64,000 nt of DNA from Candidatus Cloacimonadota bacterium (GCA_049903315.1 JBNGBT010000002.1:160001-224000), one strand, 5' to 3'; shown: positions 10,856 through 23,805, counted from the stretch's first letter. Notes: a model not told the origin generated them from the sequence alone. Program-made: numbers and translations.

Positions 10856-13800
10856 ATGATTAGAGAATTAAAAAGAGATAAGATTGTAAAAGATTACGAT
10901 TATGTAAGCATAAAGATTGCTTCTCCCGAGAAGGTCCGTGACTGGTCTTACGGAGAAGTGACCAGACCTGAAACGATAAATTACAGAACACTCAAGCCAG
11001 AGAAAGATGGTTTGTTTTGTGAAAGGATATTCGGACCAGAAAAGGACTACGAATGTTCTTGCGGCAAGTATAAGAAATATCGTTTCAAGGGCTTGATCTG
11101 TGACCGCTGTGGTGTAGAAGTTACTTCCTCGAAAGTTCGTCGCCAGAGAATGGGACATATCGAGCTTGCAGTACCGGTAGCCCACATATGGTTTGTGAAG
11201 CAAATACCCAGTCCAATTCAGCTTCTACTTGATCTGAAATCGAAAGAATTAGATCGTGTTCTTTATTATGAATCTTATATTGTTCTCAATCCTGGTGCAT
11301 CTGAATATAATGTCGGTGATGTTATTGATGAAGAATCCTATCAGCAAGCAAAAGAGAAATATCCTACCGCCTTTGAAGCTGAGATGGGTGCGGAACCGAT
11401 CAGAAAACTCCTCTCTGAAATTGAACTGAATGATGAAGTAGATAAACTCCGAACTTCAATAAAATTTGAAACTAAACAAGCAAAAGCCAAACTTATAAAA
11501 AAACTGAAAATTGTCGATGCATTTTTAAATTCTGGTAACCGACCGGAATGGATGATACTTGAGACAATCCCAGTCATGCCCCCTGACCTGAGACCCCTTG
11601 TATATCTTGAGGGTGGAAGTTTTGCAACTGCTGATTTCAATGATCTTTATAGAAGGGTCATTACTCGAAATAACCGTCTTAAAGCACTTATAGAAGGACA
11701 TGCTCCTGAGGTTATCCTGCGTAATGAAAAGAGAATTCTCCAAGAAGCAGTTGATGCACTTTTGGATAACGGTAGAAAATCCAGACCTGTGAAGGGGAGA
11801 GGAAACAGACCTCTTAAATCATTAAGCGATCAGCTCAAAGGTAAAAAAGGTCGATTTCGACAGAATCTTCTTGGAAAACGTGTTGATTATTCTGGTCGAT
11901 CAGTTATTGTTATTGGTCCCGACTTGCAGCTTAATCAGTGCGGGTTACCCAAGAAAATGGCACTCGAGCTCTTCAAACCTTACATCATTGAAAGAATAGA
12001 GAAATTCGAAGGTGTCAGCACAACCAAGCAGGCAAAACGTCTCATGGAAGAGAAAAAGCCCGAAGTATGGAAGATACTTGAAGAAGTAATAAAGGATTAT
12101 CCTGTTCTTTTAAACAGAGCTCCTACTCTTCATAGATTGAGCATGCAGGCATTTATACCAGTACTCATTGAAGAAAAAGCCATCCAACTTCATCCACTCC
12201 TATGTTATCCCTTCAATGCTGACTTTGATGGTGACCAGATGGCTGTGCATATTCCACTTTCTGGCGAAGCACAAATGGAAGCTCGTGCACTCATGACTCC
12301 TGTGAATAATATTCTCTCTCCAGCGAACGGAAAACCGGTGCTCATGGCGAGTCAGGACATTGTGCTTGGAGTATATTTCCTCACAACTGCAACGACAGAA
12401 GAACCTGAAGATGTTAAGAAACTCCCTAAATTCAATTCTACTGAAGAAGTGCTTATTGCATATGAACTTAACGGCAATAAATCATATCAAAAATATGAAG
12501 TGTCAGAAGAAGATACAGGTTTGCACATTCATTCGTGGATCGAATATAAGTGTCCGGGTTCAGGAAAGCGTATAATTACTACTGTCGGAAGAGTTATCTT
12601 CAACCAAATTATCCCCAAGGATATTAGTTTCAAGAATTATAATTTTGATAAAGGTAAGATTAACCAACTCACCTATGAAGTATATGAGAAGTATGGCGCA
12701 GAGCGAACTGCATATTATCTCGATGACTTAAAAAACATTGGTTTTCAATATGCAACAAAATCTGGGACGACCTTTGGTATGGTTGATGTTATTGTTCCCA
12801 AAGAAAAAGTGAGTATCCTCGGACGTTCCGAAGACGGAGTATTGGAAATTCAAGATGAGTATGATACCGGTATTATTACGGAAAGTGAACGCTATGACCG
12901 TCTGATCGACCAGTGGAAAATCGCAACTGAAGAGATCACTGACAGGATGATGGAGGAACTCAAGTTGGACAGGCAGGGATTCAACCCTATCTGGATTATG
13001 GCTGTATCCGGTGCACGTGGTGGAAGAGATCAGATCAAACAACTCGGCGCAATGAGAGGTTTGATGGAGAAGCCATCACGAAAACTTACTGGTGAAATGG
13101 GCGAGATTATAGAAAACCCGATCAAATCAAACTTTAAAGAAGGGTTGAGTATTCTTGAATACTTCATTTCCACACACGGTGCTCGTAAAGGATTGGCTGA
13201 TACTGCGTTGAAAACAGCTGATGCCGGTTATCTGACTCGTCGTCTTGTTGATGTTGCACAATCAGTTGTTATCTCGACCATCGATTGCGGAACCATGCAG
13301 GGTGTAGATATGACTTCACTCAAAGAAGGTAATAAAACTATTGAGCCCTTGAGTGATCGAATTAAAGGTCGTACTGCTGTTGAAGAAGTTGTCGATCCAG
13401 TAAGCGGAGAGATAATCGTAGAAGCCGGCGAGACCATCTCTGACGCTAAAGCAAATCTTATTCAAAAGCATGGTATCAGAGTAGTTCGAATTCGTTCTGT
13501 CCTGACTTGTGAAGCAGATAAGGGTATTTGTGCGAAATGCTATGGAAGAAATCTTTCTACAGGAAAACCGGCTACGATCGGTGAACCTGTTGGCGTGATC
13601 GCAGCACAGAGTATTGGTGAGCCGGGAACACAGCTTACACTACGTACTTTCCATATTGGAGGTGCAGCAAGCACGATGGTGGAAGAAGCAGAAGTTAATG
13701 CTGAAAAAGATGGTATCGTTAAATATGACAGATTAGATTATGTCGTAAACAGGGATAATCAAAAGATAGCCTCAAGTTATCAGGGAAAAATCCGTGTTAT

Positions 13801-15037
13801 TGATCCGGAATCAAAAGAAGAGCTCAGTCATTACAATGTTGAGTATGGCGCTACTATCTTTGTTTCTGAAGATCAAAAAGTTGTGAAAGACACTCTCTTA
13901 TTTAGCTGGGATAACTATAATACGCCATTGATATCAACTGCTGAAGGAACTGTGCACTATGATGATTTTATAACTGACGAAACATATAAAACAGAATTCA
14001 ATGAACTGACGGGACGAACAGAGATGACAATTCTTGAATCAAGAGATGTCGGAAAACAGGCAACACTCATCATTGAAACCGATAAAAAGAAAAAAATTAA
14101 AGTACCATTACCTGCTGGACTTAATCTTGAAATCGAAGAAGGATCACGAGTATTTCCTGGCGAAATTCTAGGTAAAACCTCCCGTGTAACAGTGAAACAG
14201 AGAGATATCACAGGTGGTCTTCCACGTGTGGTAGAGCTTTTTGAAGCTCGCTCCCCTTCAAGTAAGGCAGTTATTAGTGAAATCGATGGTGTGGTAAAAA
14301 TCGGAAAACTGACTCGTCTTGGAAGAAAAGTTACAATCTCCTCTGAAGCATCAGGTATTGACCAAGACTACACTATTCCTTATGGACGTAGAATCATTGT
14401 CCACGAGGGAGATGTCGTTGAAAATGGAGATCCATTATCAGATGGACCTCTTGATCCGCATGATATTCTCACTGCAAAAGGTGTGGTCGCAACTCAGGAA
14501 TTTATCACAAATGAAGTTCTAGAAATATATCGTAAGCAGGGTGTGGATATCAATGACAAGCACATTCGTGTGATCGTTCGCCAGATGATGCAGAAAGTAA
14601 AAATACTCGATCCTGGTGATACAATTTTCCTTGAGGGTGAGATCGTTGATAAGCTTCATGTGAAGAAAGTGAATATCCAAGCTGAACAGGACGGCGGCAA
14701 GGTCGCGACATTTGAACAGCTTCTCATGGGTATTACAAAATCTGCGCTGATCACAGAAAGCTTTATATCTGCAGCTTCATTCCAGAATACGACAAAAGTG
14801 CTGACAGAAGCAGCAGTATATGGTAAAGTGGATACCTTGGAAGGGCTGAAGGAAAGTGTGATCATTGGTCACAGAATTCCTGCCGGAACTGGCACGAAAT
14901 ATTGGCGTAAGATGGTAAAAGATACACTTGATGAAGAATTGAGTTTAAAGAAAACAGTTGATAAATTACTTCCAAGAAACAAGATTCCTATTCAGGAAAA
15001 AGATTTTAAAAACAATATACAAGAACAGGAGGCGTAA
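10856..15037 (+). CDS. rpoC: RNA polymerase beta' subunit
   Basis: [13 protein letters not shown]-terminal Zn finger, [13 protein letters not shown]. Confidence 0.99.
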   Translation: MIRELKRDKIVKDYDYVSIKIASPEKVRDWSYGEVTRPETINYRTLKPEKDGLFCERIFGPEKDYECSCGKYKKYRFKGLICDRCGVEVTSSKVRRQRMGHIELAVPVAHIWFVKQIPSPIQLLLDLKSKELDRVLYYESYIVLNPGASEYNVGDVIDEESYQQAKEKYPTAFEAEMGAEPIRKLLSEIELNDEVDKLRTSIKFETKQAKAKLIKKLKIVDAFLNSGNRPEWMILETIPVMPPDLRPLVYLEGGSFATADFNDLYRRVITRNNRLKALIEGHAPEVILRNEKRILQEAVDALLDNGRKSRPVKGRGNRPLKSLSDQLKGKKGRFRQNLLGKRVDYSGRSVIVIGPDLQLNQCGLPKKMALELFKPYIIERIEKFEGVSTTKQAKRLMEEKKPEVWKILEEVIKDYPVLLNRAPTLHRLSMQAFIPVLIEEKAIQLHPLLCYPFNADFDGDQMAVHIPLSGEAQMEARALMTPVNNILSPANGKPVLMASQDIVLGVYFLTTATTEEPEDVKKLPKFNSTEEVLIAYELNGNKSYQKYEVSEEDTGLHIHSWIEYKCPGSGKRIITTVGRVIFNQIIPKDISFKNYNFDKGKINQLTYEVYEKYGAERTAYYLDDLKNIGFQYATKSGTTFGMVDVIVPKEKVSILGRSEDGVLEIQDEYDTGIITESERYDRLIDQWKIATEEITDRMMEELKLDRQGFNPIWIMAVSGARGGRDQIKQLGAMRGLMEKPSRKLTGEMGEIIENPIKSNFKEGLSILEYFISTHGARKGLADTALKTADAGYLTRRLVDVAQSVVISTIDCGTMQGVDMTSLKEGNKTIEPLSDRIKGRTAVEEVVDPVSGEIIVEAGETISDAKANLIQKHGIRVVRIRSVLTCEADKGICAKCYGRNLSTGKPATIGEPVGVIAAQSIGEPGTQLTLRTFHIGGAASTMVEEAEVNAEKDGIVKYDRLDYVVNRDNQKIASSYQGKIRVIDPESKEELSHYNVEYGATIFVSEDQKVVKDTLLFSWDNYNTPLISTAEGTVHYDDFITDETYKTEFNELTGRTEMTILESRDVGKQATLIIETDKKKKIKVPLPAGLNLEIEEGSRVFPGEILGKTSRVTVKQRDITGGLPRVVELFEARSPSSKAVISEIDGVVKIGKLTRLGRKVTISSEASGIDQDYTIPYGRRIIVHEGDVVENGDPLSDGPLDPHDILTAKGVVATQEFITNEVLEIYRKQGVDINDKHIRVIVRQMMQKVKILDPGDTIFLEGEIVDKLHVKKVNIQAEQDGGKVATFEQLLMGITKSALITESFISAASFQNTTKVLTEAAVYGKVDTLEGLKESVIIGHRIPAGTGTKYWRKMVKDTLDEELSLKKTVDKLLPRNKIPIQEKDFKNNIQEQEA

Positions 15038-15418
15038 GTGCCTACAATTTCACAACTTATAAGAAAGGGCAGACAGAAGCAGAAGAAGGCAAAAAAGAAT
15101 AAAGCCTTGCAGGGTTGTCCTCAAAAAAGAGGTGTGTGCACAAGAGTGTATACAACGACTCCCAAAAAACCTAACTCTGCTCTGCGTAAAGTTGCCCGTG
15201 TGCGTCTTTCAAATGGGATTGAAGTAACAAGCTATATTCCAGGTGAAGGTCACAATTTACAGGAACACTCCATTGTCTTGATAAGAGGTGGTCGTGTAAA
15301 GGACTTGCCAGGTGTACGTTACCACGTTATTCGTGGAACTCTCGATGCAAGTGGAGTGGATAGTAGAAAGAAAAGCCGTTCGAAGTACGGAACGAAGAAA
15401 ACCAAGAAATTAGGATAG
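15038..15418 (+). CDS. rpsL: 30S ribosomal protein S12
   Basis: [26 protein letters not shown] start. Confidence 0.99.
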   Translation: MPTISQLIRKGRQKQKKAKKNKALQGCPQKRGVCTRVYTTTPKKPNSALRKVARVRLSNGIEVTSYIPGEGHNLQEHSIVLIRGGRVKDLPGVRYHVIRGTLDASGVDSRKKSRSKYGTKKTKKLG

Positions 15419-15427
15419 TGGGTTTAA

Positions 15428-15898
15428 ATGTCTAGAAGAAAGAAAGCTCAAAAAAGACAGATACTTCCTGATCCAAAATATGGTGATATCATTGTTGCGA
15501 AATTTATCAACCAGATGATGGTGCGTGGGAAGAAAAGTCTTGCTGAACGTAAATTTTATCACGCTTTGGATATCATACAGAAGAAGACGCAGGAAGATCC
15601 GATCAAAGTTTTCAAGCAAGCCCTTGAGAACGTGAAGCCAAAAGTTGAAGTGAAAACTCGTAGAATCGGTGGTGCAAACTACCAGGTTCCAATGGAAGTC
15701 GCAAGAGATAGACAGCAAGCACTTGCTTTCAGATGGATCGTTAATTTTTCGCGAAAGCGCCATGAAAAGACTATTGATGAAAAACTTGCTGGTGAGCTTA
15801 TTGCTGCATACAAGAACGAGGGCTCATCAATCAAGAAACGTGAAGAAGTCTGGAGAATGGCAGAAGCGAACAAAGCATTTGCACATTTTAGAATCTAA
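15428..15898 (+). CDS. rpsG: 30S ribosomal protein S7
   Basis: [21 protein letters not shown]. Confidence 0.99.
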   Translation: MSRRKKAQKRQILPDPKYGDIIVAKFINQMMVRGKKSLAERKFYHALDIIQKKTQEDPIKVFKQALENVKPKVEVKTRRIGGANYQVPMEVARDRQQALAFRWIVNFSRKRHEKTIDEKLAGELIAAYKNEGSSIKKREEVWRMAEANKAFAHFRI

Positions 15899-15900
15899 CG

Positions 15901-18015
15901 ATGCAACAAAAACACTATGACCTGGAAAATATCCGCAATATCGGGCTTATCGCTCATATTGATGCGGGAAAAACGACCGTTACAGAGCGGATCTTATTCT
16001 ATACAGGCATAGTGCACCAAATGGGAGAAGTACACGAAGGTACAGCAACAATGGATTGGATGGTTCAGGAAAAAGAACGCGGTATAACAATTACTTCCGC
16101 AGCAACTACTTGCTTCTGGAAAGATAATAGGATAAATATTATCGATACTCCGGGGCATGTTGATTTTACTGTTGAAGTGGAGCGTTCTCTCCGCGTGCTT
16201 GATGGTGCTGTGGTAATTTTCTGCGGTGTCGGAGGTGTGGAACCTCAATCTGAAACTGTCTGGCATCAAGCAGATCGATATCATGTTCCGAGAATTGCTT
16301 TCATCAACAAGCTGGATAGGATCGGAGCTGATTTTGATTATGCAGTGAAAACCATCCGAACAAAACTACAACCTAATGCAGTTCCTATACAACTTCCAAT
16401 CATGTATAATGATGAATTCATTGGCATTGTCAGTCTGGTTAATCAGAATGCATACATCTATGATAAAGATGATGAGGGTTTGGAATTTTCGACCGTACCC
16501 CTTGATGATGAAAGGATTTCTCCTGAATTGGTTGAAAATATTGCGGAAAGCAGAATCAAGCTCATTGAAAAATTGGCTGAATTCGATGAAGTTATTCTTC
16601 AAAAGTACATTGATGATGAAATCATAACCGAAAACGATATTGATGTATCATTACGGAAAGTAACATTGTCCTCAGAATTCGTACCGATCCTCTGTGGAGC
16701 TGCATTGAGAAATAGAGGAATTCAACCTTTGATTGATGCAATTGTAAAATATCTTCCTTCTCCAAAAGATGTTCCTGAGATCAATGCTATTGATCCAGTA
16801 ACAGGTGAGGAAATAAAGATCAAAGTTGATGAATCATTACCCTTCTCTTCACTCGCTTTCAAAATTCAAGTGAATCCCTATGTGGGTAAACTGACGTATC
16901 TTAGGGCATACTCCGGGAAAATCAATAAAGGTGATCATGTCCTGAATGTTAACTCTGGAAAAAAGGAAAGAATTACACGCATCATGCACATGCATGCGAA
17001 TAAATCTGTGAATGTAGACAGCATTTTTGCAGGGGAAATTTCAGCAGTAGCTGGTTTGAACGAAACAGTATCCGGAGACAGCATTACAGCAATTCAAAAT
17101 CCTGTATTGCTTGAACGCATCAATTTTGCTGATCCGGTTATGTCAGTTGCAATAGAACCGAAAACAAAAGCCGATCAGGAGAATCTTAAAGATACATTAC
17201 CTCGTCTTCTCGAAGAAGATCCCACGTATATTATTACTGAAGATAAAGATACCGGACAGACCCTCATCTATGGCATGGGGGAATTGCACCTGGATATCCT
17301 TGTTGATAGACTCAAACGTGAATTCAAGATAAACGTAAATGTAGGTAAGCCCAGGGTTAATTATAAAGAAACTATAGTGGATGAAGCTGATGGTATTGCA
17401 ACGCTCGATAGAAACATCGGTGCACACGGTCAATTTGCAGAAGTAAAATTGCATCTTGAGCCCTATCACAATGATTCTGAAGAAATTACAAAGAAAATAC
17501 TGATCGAAAATCATGCATCAGAAGAAGAGATTCCTAAAGGTTTTATCCAGGCTGTAGAAAACGGCATTATGGAATCTGCATTGAGTGGACCTCTCACCGG
17601 GAATAGGATGGAAAATATCAAAGTTCTTATATCGGGTGGTTCATTCAGTCCTATTGATTCGTCAGAAATTGCTTTCAAGATTGCCGCTTCAATGGCATTT
17701 TCAAAAGCGATTCAACATGCAAAATATGCATTGCTTGAACCCATTATGAACATCACGATCATCACGCCAGAAGAGTATATGGGCAATGTGATAAATGACC
17801 TTAACAGCCGTCGTGGCAAGATTTTAGAAGTTAAAGACAAAGACTCAATAAAAATATTAAGTGGCTTGGTTCCATTAAGTGAAACTTTTGGATATACGAC
17901 TACTCTCCGTTCAGCATCTCAAGGAAGAGCATCCTATTCAATGGAGTTCAAAGAGTATGAAATGGTTCCTGAAAATATTTCAAATCAAATTATAAACAAA
18001 ATGCGCGGTTATTAG
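15901..18015 (+). CDS. fusA: Elongation factor G family GTPase (str-operon copy, divergent domain IV)
   Basis: [40 protein letters not shown]; position after rpsG. Confidence 0.95.
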   Translation: MQQKHYDLENIRNIGLIAHIDAGKTTVTERILFYTGIVHQMGEVHEGTATMDWMVQEKERGITITSAATTCFWKDNRINIIDTPGHVDFTVEVERSLRVLDGAVVIFCGVGGVEPQSETVWHQADRYHVPRIAFINKLDRIGADFDYAVKTIRTKLQPNAVPIQLPIMYNDEFIGIVSLVNQNAYIYDKDDEGLEFSTVPLDDERISPELVENIAESRIKLIEKLAEFDEVILQKYIDDEIITENDIDVSLRKVTLSSEFVPILCGAALRNRGIQPLIDAIVKYLPSPKDVPEINAIDPVTGEEIKIKVDESLPFSSLAFKIQVNPYVGKLTYLRAYSGKINKGDHVLNVNSGKKERITRIMHMHANKSVNVDSIFAGEISAVAGLNETVSGDSITAIQNPVLLERINFADPVMSVAIEPKTKADQENLKDTLPRLLEEDPTYIITEDKDTGQTLIYGMGELHLDILVDRLKREFKINVNVGKPRVNYKETIVDEADGIATLDRNIGAHGQFAEVKLHLEPYHNDSEEITKKILIENHASEEEIPKGFIQAVENGIMESALSGPLTGNRMENIKVLISGGSFSPIDSSEIAFKIAASMAFSKAIQHAKYALLEPIMNITIITPEEYMGNVINDLNSRRGKILEVKDKDSIKILSGLVPLSETFGYTTTLRSASQGRASYSMEFKEYEMVPENISNQIINKMRGY

Positions 18016-18027
18016 AATTGAGGAGAT

Positions 18028-18330
18028 ATGAATAAGATAAGAATCAAATTAAAAGCGTATGATCATTTTCTGTTGGATAAGTCCGTTGTGGAGATCATAA
18101 GAAACACAAAAGGAACAGGAGCGAAAATAGTCGGTCCTATTCCGCTGCCAACCAGACGCAGATTATACACGGTGTTGCGTTCACCCCATGTCGATAAGAA
18201 GTCTCGCGAGCAATTCGAAATGAAGATTTATAAGAGAATTATTGACATAGAAAACCCAACTCCAAAAACAACGGACGCGATCAAGAATTTGAACATACCT
18301 GCTGGTGTTCATATAGAAATCAAAACCTAA
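18028..18330 (+). CDS. rpsJ: 30S ribosomal protein S10
   Basis: [32 protein letters not shown]. Confidence 0.99.
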   Translation: MNKIRIKLKAYDHFLLDKSVVEIIRNTKGTGAKIVGPIPLPTRRRLYTVLRSPHVDKKSREQFEMKIYKRIIDIENPTPKTTDAIKNLNIPAGVHIEIKT

Positions 18331-18363
18331 ACTATATTTAAATATAAATTTTTAGGAGTAAAA

Positions 18364-18993
18364 ATGTTAGGCTTAATTGGTAAAAAGATTGGAATGACTC
18401 GTTTATTCACAGAAAATGGCGACTCAGTTGCCGTGACTCTAATTGAAGCGGGTCCATGTACTGTTACCAGTCATAAAACCAACGAGAAAGATAATTATTG
18501 TGCACTTCAACTTGGATTTCAGGAAGTTCCTGAGAAAAAACTCACTAAACCTCTGGTGGGACATTTCAAGAAAAACAATGTCTCACTTTTCAAGATCATG
18601 AAAGAGTTTAGAGTAAATGAAGATGTGATGAATGATTACTCTCCTGGTGCAGAAATGAAAGTGAATATTTTCAAACCAAAAGATAAAATTCATGTGACTG
18701 GAATTTCAAAAGGAAAAGGATTTTCTGGTGTGATAAAACGCCATAATTACCATGGAAAAAGTGCTACACACGGTACTCACGAGAGTTTTCGTGGAACAGG
18801 TTCTGTGGGTATGTGTGCATCACCCTCCAAAATTCAACGTGGCAAAAAGATGCCCGGTCAATATGGTAATGGACAGGTAACTGTACGTAATCTCACTGTA
18901 TATAAGATCGATGAAGAAAGAAACCTCCTTATGGTACGAGGTGCTATTCCAGGTCATAGAAACAGTGTTGTAATGATTCAAAAAACTAAGTAA
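18364..18993 (+). CDS. rplC: 50S ribosomal protein L3
   Basis: GKKIGMT, SKGKGFSG, GKKMPGQYG. Confidence 0.98.
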   Translation: MLGLIGKKIGMTRLFTENGDSVAVTLIEAGPCTVTSHKTNEKDNYCALQLGFQEVPEKKLTKPLVGHFKKNNVSLFKIMKEFRVNEDVMNDYSPGAEMKVNIFKPKDKIHVTGISKGKGFSGVIKRHNYHGKSATHGTHESFRGTGSVGMCASPSKIQRGKKMPGQYGNGQVTVRNLTVYKIDEERNLLMVRGAIPGHRNSVVMIQKTK

Positions 18994-19004
18994 AAGGTTT
19001 TGTT

Positions 19005-19622
19005 ATGGAAGCAATAAAGTATTCAAAAACAGGTGAAGAAATAGGAAAAGTTACATTGCCGGAACATCTCTTTGATACAGAAATAAATCAGGCTGTTCTT
19101 CATGAAGTGATCAAATTTCTCAGGCAGAATCAACGTTTGGGAACTGCATGTGTCAAAGGGCGTTCTGAGATCAGAGGTTCCACACGAAAATTATATCGCC
19201 AAAAAGGAACAGGCAGAGCAAGAGCTGGCAGTAAAAAAAGTCCTATCAGAGTCGGTGGCGGAGTTGCATTCGGACCTCGCCCAAAGGACTGGCATATATC
19301 TATTCCTAAAAAGAAAAAGAGAATTGCATTAAAATCAGCACTCAGCAGCAGAAAAGACCATATTGCAGTCATCGAAGATATCGTAATGGAAAATCCCAGT
19401 GTGAAGACTGCTAAGGATATTCTTAATGCGACAAAGATAGCTTATACACGCTGCCTTTTCGTGATGTCCGACAACGAACCCAACATGGTTCGTTCATTGA
19501 GAAATATTAAAAATGTTTCCAGTATACGTGCCGAAGATCTCAATGCCTATGACATCATTCATGCGACTGATATGATCATAACTGAAAAGGCATTGGAGAA
19601 AATGCAAGAGGTGTTCAAATGA
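19005..19622 (+). CDS. rplD: 50S ribosomal protein L4
   Basis: RQKGTGRARAGS, GGGVAFGPRP. Confidence 0.98.
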   Translation: MEAIKYSKTGEEIGKVTLPEHLFDTEINQAVLHEVIKFLRQNQRLGTACVKGRSEIRGSTRKLYRQKGTGRARAGSKKSPIRVGGGVAFGPRPKDWHISIPKKKKRIALKSALSSRKDHIAVIEDIVMENPSVKTAKDILNATKIAYTRCLFVMSDNEPNMVRSLRNIKNVSSIRAEDLNAYDIIHATDMIITEKALEKMQEVFK

Positions 19623-19915
19623 GCAAGGATCCAAGACAAATTATTATTCATCCGTTCATAACTGAAAAAGGAACTCATATTCAGGAAGAAGCTGGCGGCT
19701 ATGTATTCAAGGTGCAGCTAGGTTCTAATAAGATAGAAATTCGAAACGCAGTACAGGAAATTTTTAAAGTACACGTTCGCAAAGTTAACACCATTAATTG
19801 CAAAGGTAAACCAAAGAATCTTGGACGTTATCAGGGCAGAAGATCTGACTGGAAAAAAGCCATTGTTTACCTCGCAAAAGGTGAGTCTATAAGCGAATTT
19901 GAAGTGATGCAGTAA
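19619..19915 (+). CDS. rplW: 50S ribosomal protein L23
   Basis: PFITEK, WKKAIVYL. Confidence 0.97.
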   Translation: MSKDPRQIIIHPFITEKGTHIQEEAGGYVFKVQLGSNKIEIRNAVQEIFKVHVRKVNTINCKGKPKNLGRYQGRRSDWKKAIVYLAKGESISEFEVMQ

Positions 19916-20003
19916 AAAATGTTTAGTGCTTCTTATTTTAATTGACATAAAATATTAACTGTTAGGTTTTTAACACCTATTCCCTAAAATGGAGATGTAG
20001 TTC

Positions 20004-20834
20004 ATGGCATTAAAGAAATATAAGCCTATAACACCCGCTAGACGGTATTATACTGGTTACTCCTTTGATGAAATCACAAAGGATAAACCAGAGAAATCTT
20101 TGATCGTGCCGGCAAAGAAAACAGCCGGAAGAAACAATCAAGGAAGGATCACTATACGTCATCGCGGTGGAGGTCATAAACGTTTTTATAGAATTATAGA
20201 TTTTAAAAGACATGATAAGAAAGGGATCGAAGCACGAGTGCACTCAATAGAGTACGATCCTAACCGTTCAGCACGCATTGCTTTGCTTTACTATGCTGAT
20301 GGTGAAAAAAGATATATTATTGCACCTGATAAGCTGCAGGTAAATGATGTAGTCATGATCGGTGAAAATGTAGAGATCAAACCCGGAAACTCACTTCCAA
20401 TAAAGAAGATCCCGATCGGAACTATGATCCATAATATCGAGTTTAAACCCGGTCGCGGCGCTCAGATAGCCCGTAGCGCAGGCGTCAGTGCAGAGGTTGT
20501 CGCAAAAGAAGGCGGATATGTTCACGTAAAAATGCCTTCCGGCACTATTCAGCTTCTTCGCTGGGACTGTTACGCAACCATAGGACAGGTCAGTAATATT
20601 GACCATTCAAAGATTTCTTATGGTAAAGCAGGCCGAAAACGTTGGCTTGGACATCGTCCTCATGTCAGAGGTGTTGCCATGAATCCTGTTGATCATCCAA
20701 TGGGTGGTGGTGAAGGTAAATCATCTGGTGGTCGTCATCCTGTTTCTCCGTGGGGTACACCCGCAAAGGGATTCAAAACCAGAAAGAAAAAGAAATATTC
20801 TGATCCCTACGTGATTAAGAAGAAACGGAAATAA
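20004..20834 (+). CDS. rplB: 50S ribosomal protein L2
   Basis: [30 protein letters not shown]. Confidence 0.99.
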   Translation: MALKKYKPITPARRYYTGYSFDEITKDKPEKSLIVPAKKTAGRNNQGRITIRHRGGGHKRFYRIIDFKRHDKKGIEARVHSIEYDPNRSARIALLYYADGEKRYIIAPDKLQVNDVVMIGENVEIKPGNSLPIKKIPIGTMIHNIEFKPGRGAQIARSAGVSAEVVAKEGGYVHVKMPSGTIQLLRWDCYATIGQVSNIDHSKISYGKAGRKRWLGHRPHVRGVAMNPVDHPMGGGEGKSSGGRHPVSPWGTPAKGFKTRKKKKYSDPYVIKKKRK

Positions 20835-20849
20835 GCGGAGGATTTGTTA

Positions 20850-21137
20850 ATGGCAAGGTCACTCAAAAAAGGACCCTTTTACGATGAGCATCTCATGCTT
20901 AAAGTAGAAAAGTTAAATGAACAGAATAAGAAACAAGTCATTAAGACTTGGTCACGTCGTTCTACTGTTATGCCCGAATTTGTCGGACATACCTTTGCAG
21001 TTCATAATGGCAAAAAATTCGTACCCGTCTTTGTGACAGAATCAATGGTTGGGCATAAGCTTGGAGAATTCTCTCCTACTAGGACATTCCGTGGTCATAA
21101 GGACAAGAAAGAAAAACTTGCAAGGAAACGTGGTTAA
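20850..21137 (+). CDS. rpsS: 30S ribosomal protein S19
   Basis: [27 protein letters not shown]; start at ATG 20850. Confidence 0.98.
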   Translation: MARSLKKGPFYDEHLMLKVEKLNEQNKKQVIKTWSRRSTVMPEFVGHTFAVHNGKKFVPVFVTESMVGHKLGEFSPTRTFRGHKDKKEKLARKRG

Positions 21138-21139
21138 TT

Positions 21140-21484
21140 ATGGAAGCGATCGCGCGAATAAAAAATCAAAGAGGTTCAGCAAGAAAAGTGCGTCTTGTGG
21201 CAGATTTAATTCGTAAAAAACGGGTTGACGATGCGAGAGATATTCTGAACTTCTCAAAAAAGCGTGCTGCACGCAGTATCCTGAAAATACTCGATTCTGC
21301 GGTGGCAAATGCTGCAACCAAATCAGGTAAAGTCGAAATCGATAAATTATATATAAATAAGATCACCGTGGATGAGGGCATCACTATGAAACGTTGGCGT
21401 TCTCGTGCAATGGGTCGAGCTGATATGATCTTCAAAAGAACTCATCATATTGCTTTGTCCGTAACAGATGAAATGGAAGATTAG
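21140..21484 (+). CDS. rplV: 50S ribosomal protein L22
   Basis: SARKVRLVADLIR, SAVANA, RAMGRA. Confidence 0.98.
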   Translation: MEAIARIKNQRGSARKVRLVADLIRKKRVDDARDILNFSKKRAARSILKILDSAVANAATKSGKVEIDKLYINKITVDEGITMKRWRSRAMGRADMIFKRTHHIALSVTDEMED

Positions 21485-21492
21485 GAGGCACA

Positions 21493-22164
21493 TTGGGTCA
21501 AAAAACTAATCCCGTTGGTTTTCGAATAGGTTTTAATAAGGATTGGGAATCGATCTGGTTCGCAAATACTCGTAAAGAGTATGTAGAAACATTTTATGAA
21601 GATATGCGTATCAAGAATTATCTAAGTAAAAGATTATCAGACGCAATGGTCTCAAAAATAGAAATCTATCGTAAAAGTGATAAATTAACAGTTGTGATCC
21701 ATACTGCACGTCCGGGTATTGTCATCGGTAGAAAAGGTGCCGAGATAGAAAAAGTGAAGCAAGAGCTTATAACTTTTTTACACATGAATACCAAAAATGA
21801 CTATTCCAGACTTGCTATTGATGTACAGGAAATAAAAAGGCCTGAACTCGATGCTCGTCTTGTCGGTATGGATATCGCACGACAGATCGAAAATAGAATT
21901 TCTTACCGTAGAGCAATGAAAAGATCTATTGAACGCACAATGGCTGCTGGTGCAGAAGGCATCAAGATAAAAGCCAGCGGACGCCTTCACGGCGCTGAAA
22001 TTGCTCGAAGTGAAGAATATAAAGATGGTCGTACACCCCTTCATACCCTTCGTTCAAATATTGATTATGCAATATCCGAAGCTCATACACGCTATGGAAT
22101 AATCGGAATTAAAGTTTGGATCTGTAAGGGTGAACTGACGCAAAAAGAGCATCATCAATCATAA
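21493..22164 (+). CDS. rpsC: 30S ribosomal protein S3
   Basis: GQKTNPVGFRIG, ARPGIVIGRKG, GRTPLHTLR; TTG start after AGGAGG. Confidence 0.98.
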   Translation: MGQKTNPVGFRIGFNKDWESIWFANTRKEYVETFYEDMRIKNYLSKRLSDAMVSKIEIYRKSDKLTVVIHTARPGIVIGRKGAEIEKVKQELITFLHMNTKNDYSRLAIDVQEIKRPELDARLVGMDIARQIENRISYRRAMKRSIERTMAAGAEGIKIKASGRLHGAEIARSEEYKDGRTPLHTLRSNIDYAISEAHTRYGIIGIKVWICKGELTQKEHHQS

Positions 22165-22181
22165 AATAAGGTAATAGATAT

Positions 22182-22601
22182 ATGTTACAGCCAAGAAAAG
22201 TTAAACATCGTAAACAGCAGCGCGGAAAAAGACGCGGAAAAGCATATGCAGGCTCTAACCTTGATTTTGGGCAGTATGGTCTTGTCACTCTTGATACCGG
22301 CTGGATCACTGCACGCCAGATCGAGGCTGCTCGTGTGGCAATAACTCACTTCATGAAAAGAGTGGGAAAAGTCTGGATAAGAATATTTCCGGACAAACCC
22401 ATAACTCTTAAACCTGCAGAAACTCGTATGGGTAAAGGTAAAGGCGCTCCTGAATATTGGGTCGCTGTTGTGAAGCCTGGTCGCGTACTTTTTGAACTTG
22501 AAGGTGTTGATGAAAATATTGCAAAAAGAGCGTTGGAACTCGGAGGACATAAGCTCCCTGTAAAAACCAAATTCATAACTCGTGATGAGGTGAGAGGTTA
22601 A
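22182..22601 (+). CDS. rplP: 50S ribosomal protein L16
   Basis: [20 protein letters not shown]. Confidence 0.99.
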   Translation: MLQPRKVKHRKQQRGKRRGKAYAGSNLDFGQYGLVTLDTGWITARQIEAARVAITHFMKRVGKVWIRIFPDKPITLKPAETRMGKGKGAPEYWVAVVKPGRVLFELEGVDENIAKRALELGGHKLPVKTKFITRDEVRG

Positions 22602-22602
22602 T

Positions 22603-22812
22603 ATGCTGAAACCAAATGAAATCAGAGAAATGAATCTTGTAGAACTGAAAATGAAAGAACAAGATCTTCAGGAAGAGTTTTTCAACCTTCGTTTCCAAAA
22701 GGTGACGAACAGATTGGAAAATCCTTGGAAGATTCACGAAGTTCGGAGAGATATTGCACGGGTAAAGACAATTATTCGTGAAAAGCAACAAATGGATAAT
22801 AAAGAAGAGTAG
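22603..22812 (+). CDS. rpmC: 50S ribosomal protein L29
   Basis: FNLRFQ, VRRDIARVKT. Confidence 0.96.
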   Translation: MLKPNEIREMNLVELKMKEQDLQEEFFNLRFQKVTNRLENPWKIHEVRRDIARVKTIIREKQQMDNKEE

Positions 22813-22821
22813 TAGGTCTCA

Positions 22822-23091
22822 ATGGATAAGGAAAAAATGTCAGCCCGTCATAAACCCACAAGAATCGGGATTGTTTTAAGTGATAAAATGGACAAAACAT
22901 TAGTGGTTCGTGTCGAACGCAAATATAAACACCCACTCTATGGAAAATATATTAGAAAACATAAAAAGTTTCATGTCCACGATGAGAATAATGAAGCCCA
23001 TATCGGCGATCAAGTAAAAATCGAAGAATTCCAACCAGTCAGTAAAACTAAAAGCTGGAAACTCATCGAGATCATTGAAAAAAGTAAGTAG
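22822..23091 (+). CDS. rpsQ: 30S ribosomal protein S17
   Basis: [21 protein letters not shown]. Confidence 0.97.
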   Translation: MDKEKMSARHKPTRIGIVLSDKMDKTLVVRVERKYKHPLYGKYIRKHKKFHVHDENNEAHIGDQVKIEEFQPVSKTKSWKLIEIIEKSK

Positions 23092-23109
23092 GAAATCTAG
23101 GGAGTTCTA

Positions 23110-23478
23110 ATGATACAGCAGGAAACAGTTCTTAAAGTCGCAGATAATTCCGGTGCTAAAGTGGTGAAATGTATAAAGGTTTTAGGTGGTTCACGCCGTC
23201 GCTATGCTGGTCTTGGTGATGTAATCGTGATTTCTGTTAAATCTGCAATCCCTCACAGTGATGTGAAAAAAGGCAGCTTGCACAGGGGAGTGATCGTGCG
23301 TACAAAAAAAGCAGTTCGCCGTTCGGATGGTTCTTATATTCGTTTTGGTGATAACGCAGTAGTGCTCATCAATGAAATTTTGGAACCAAAAGGAACACGT
23401 ATTTTCGGTCCTGTTGCCCGTGAATTAAGAGAGAAAAAGTTCATGAAAATACTCTCTCTTGCCCCTGAGGTCGTGTAG
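23110..23478 (+). CDS. rplN: 50S ribosomal protein L14
   Basis: [21 protein letters not shown]. Confidence 0.99.
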   Translation: MIQQETVLKVADNSGAKVVKCIKVLGGSRRRYAGLGDVIVISVKSAIPHSDVKKGSLHRGVIVRTKKAVRRSDGSYIRFGDNAVVLINEILEPKGTRIFGPVARELREKKFMKILSLAPEVV

Positions 23479-23487
23479 GAGTTTTAT

Positions 23488-23796
23488 ATGAAAATTAAAA
23501 AAGATGATAAAGTAAGAATTATTACAGGCGAATATATAGGTGTAGAAGGTCATGTGTTAAAATCATTTCCCACAACGAACAAAATAATTGTGGAAAAAGT
23601 CAACTTCATGAAGAAACATCAGCGTCCCACTCAGCAGAATCCTTCCGGCGGCGTCATTGAGATGGAGGCACCTATCCATATTTCTAATGTACAATTCATA
23701 TGCCCGAAATGCGGAAAACCTTCAAAAGTAAAAATGAGAATTTTAGAAGATAAAAGTAGAATTCGATACTGCACTAAATGCGGTGACATGGTCTAA
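23488..23796 (+). CDS. rplX: 50S ribosomal protein L24
   Basis: KOW motif, EAPIHISNV, C-terminal CxxC pairs. Confidence 0.97.
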   Translation: MKIKKDDKVRIITGEYIGVEGHVLKSFPTTNKIIVEKVNFMKKHQRPTQQNPSGGVIEMEAPIHISNVQFICPKCGKPSKVKMRILEDKSRIRYCTKCGDMV

Positions 23797-23805
23797 CGAG
23801 GAACA

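Noticed and set aside
18016..18027. Absence of tuf after fusA
   Set aside because: tuf is present in the tRNA-linked position at 2564; this arrangement is common.
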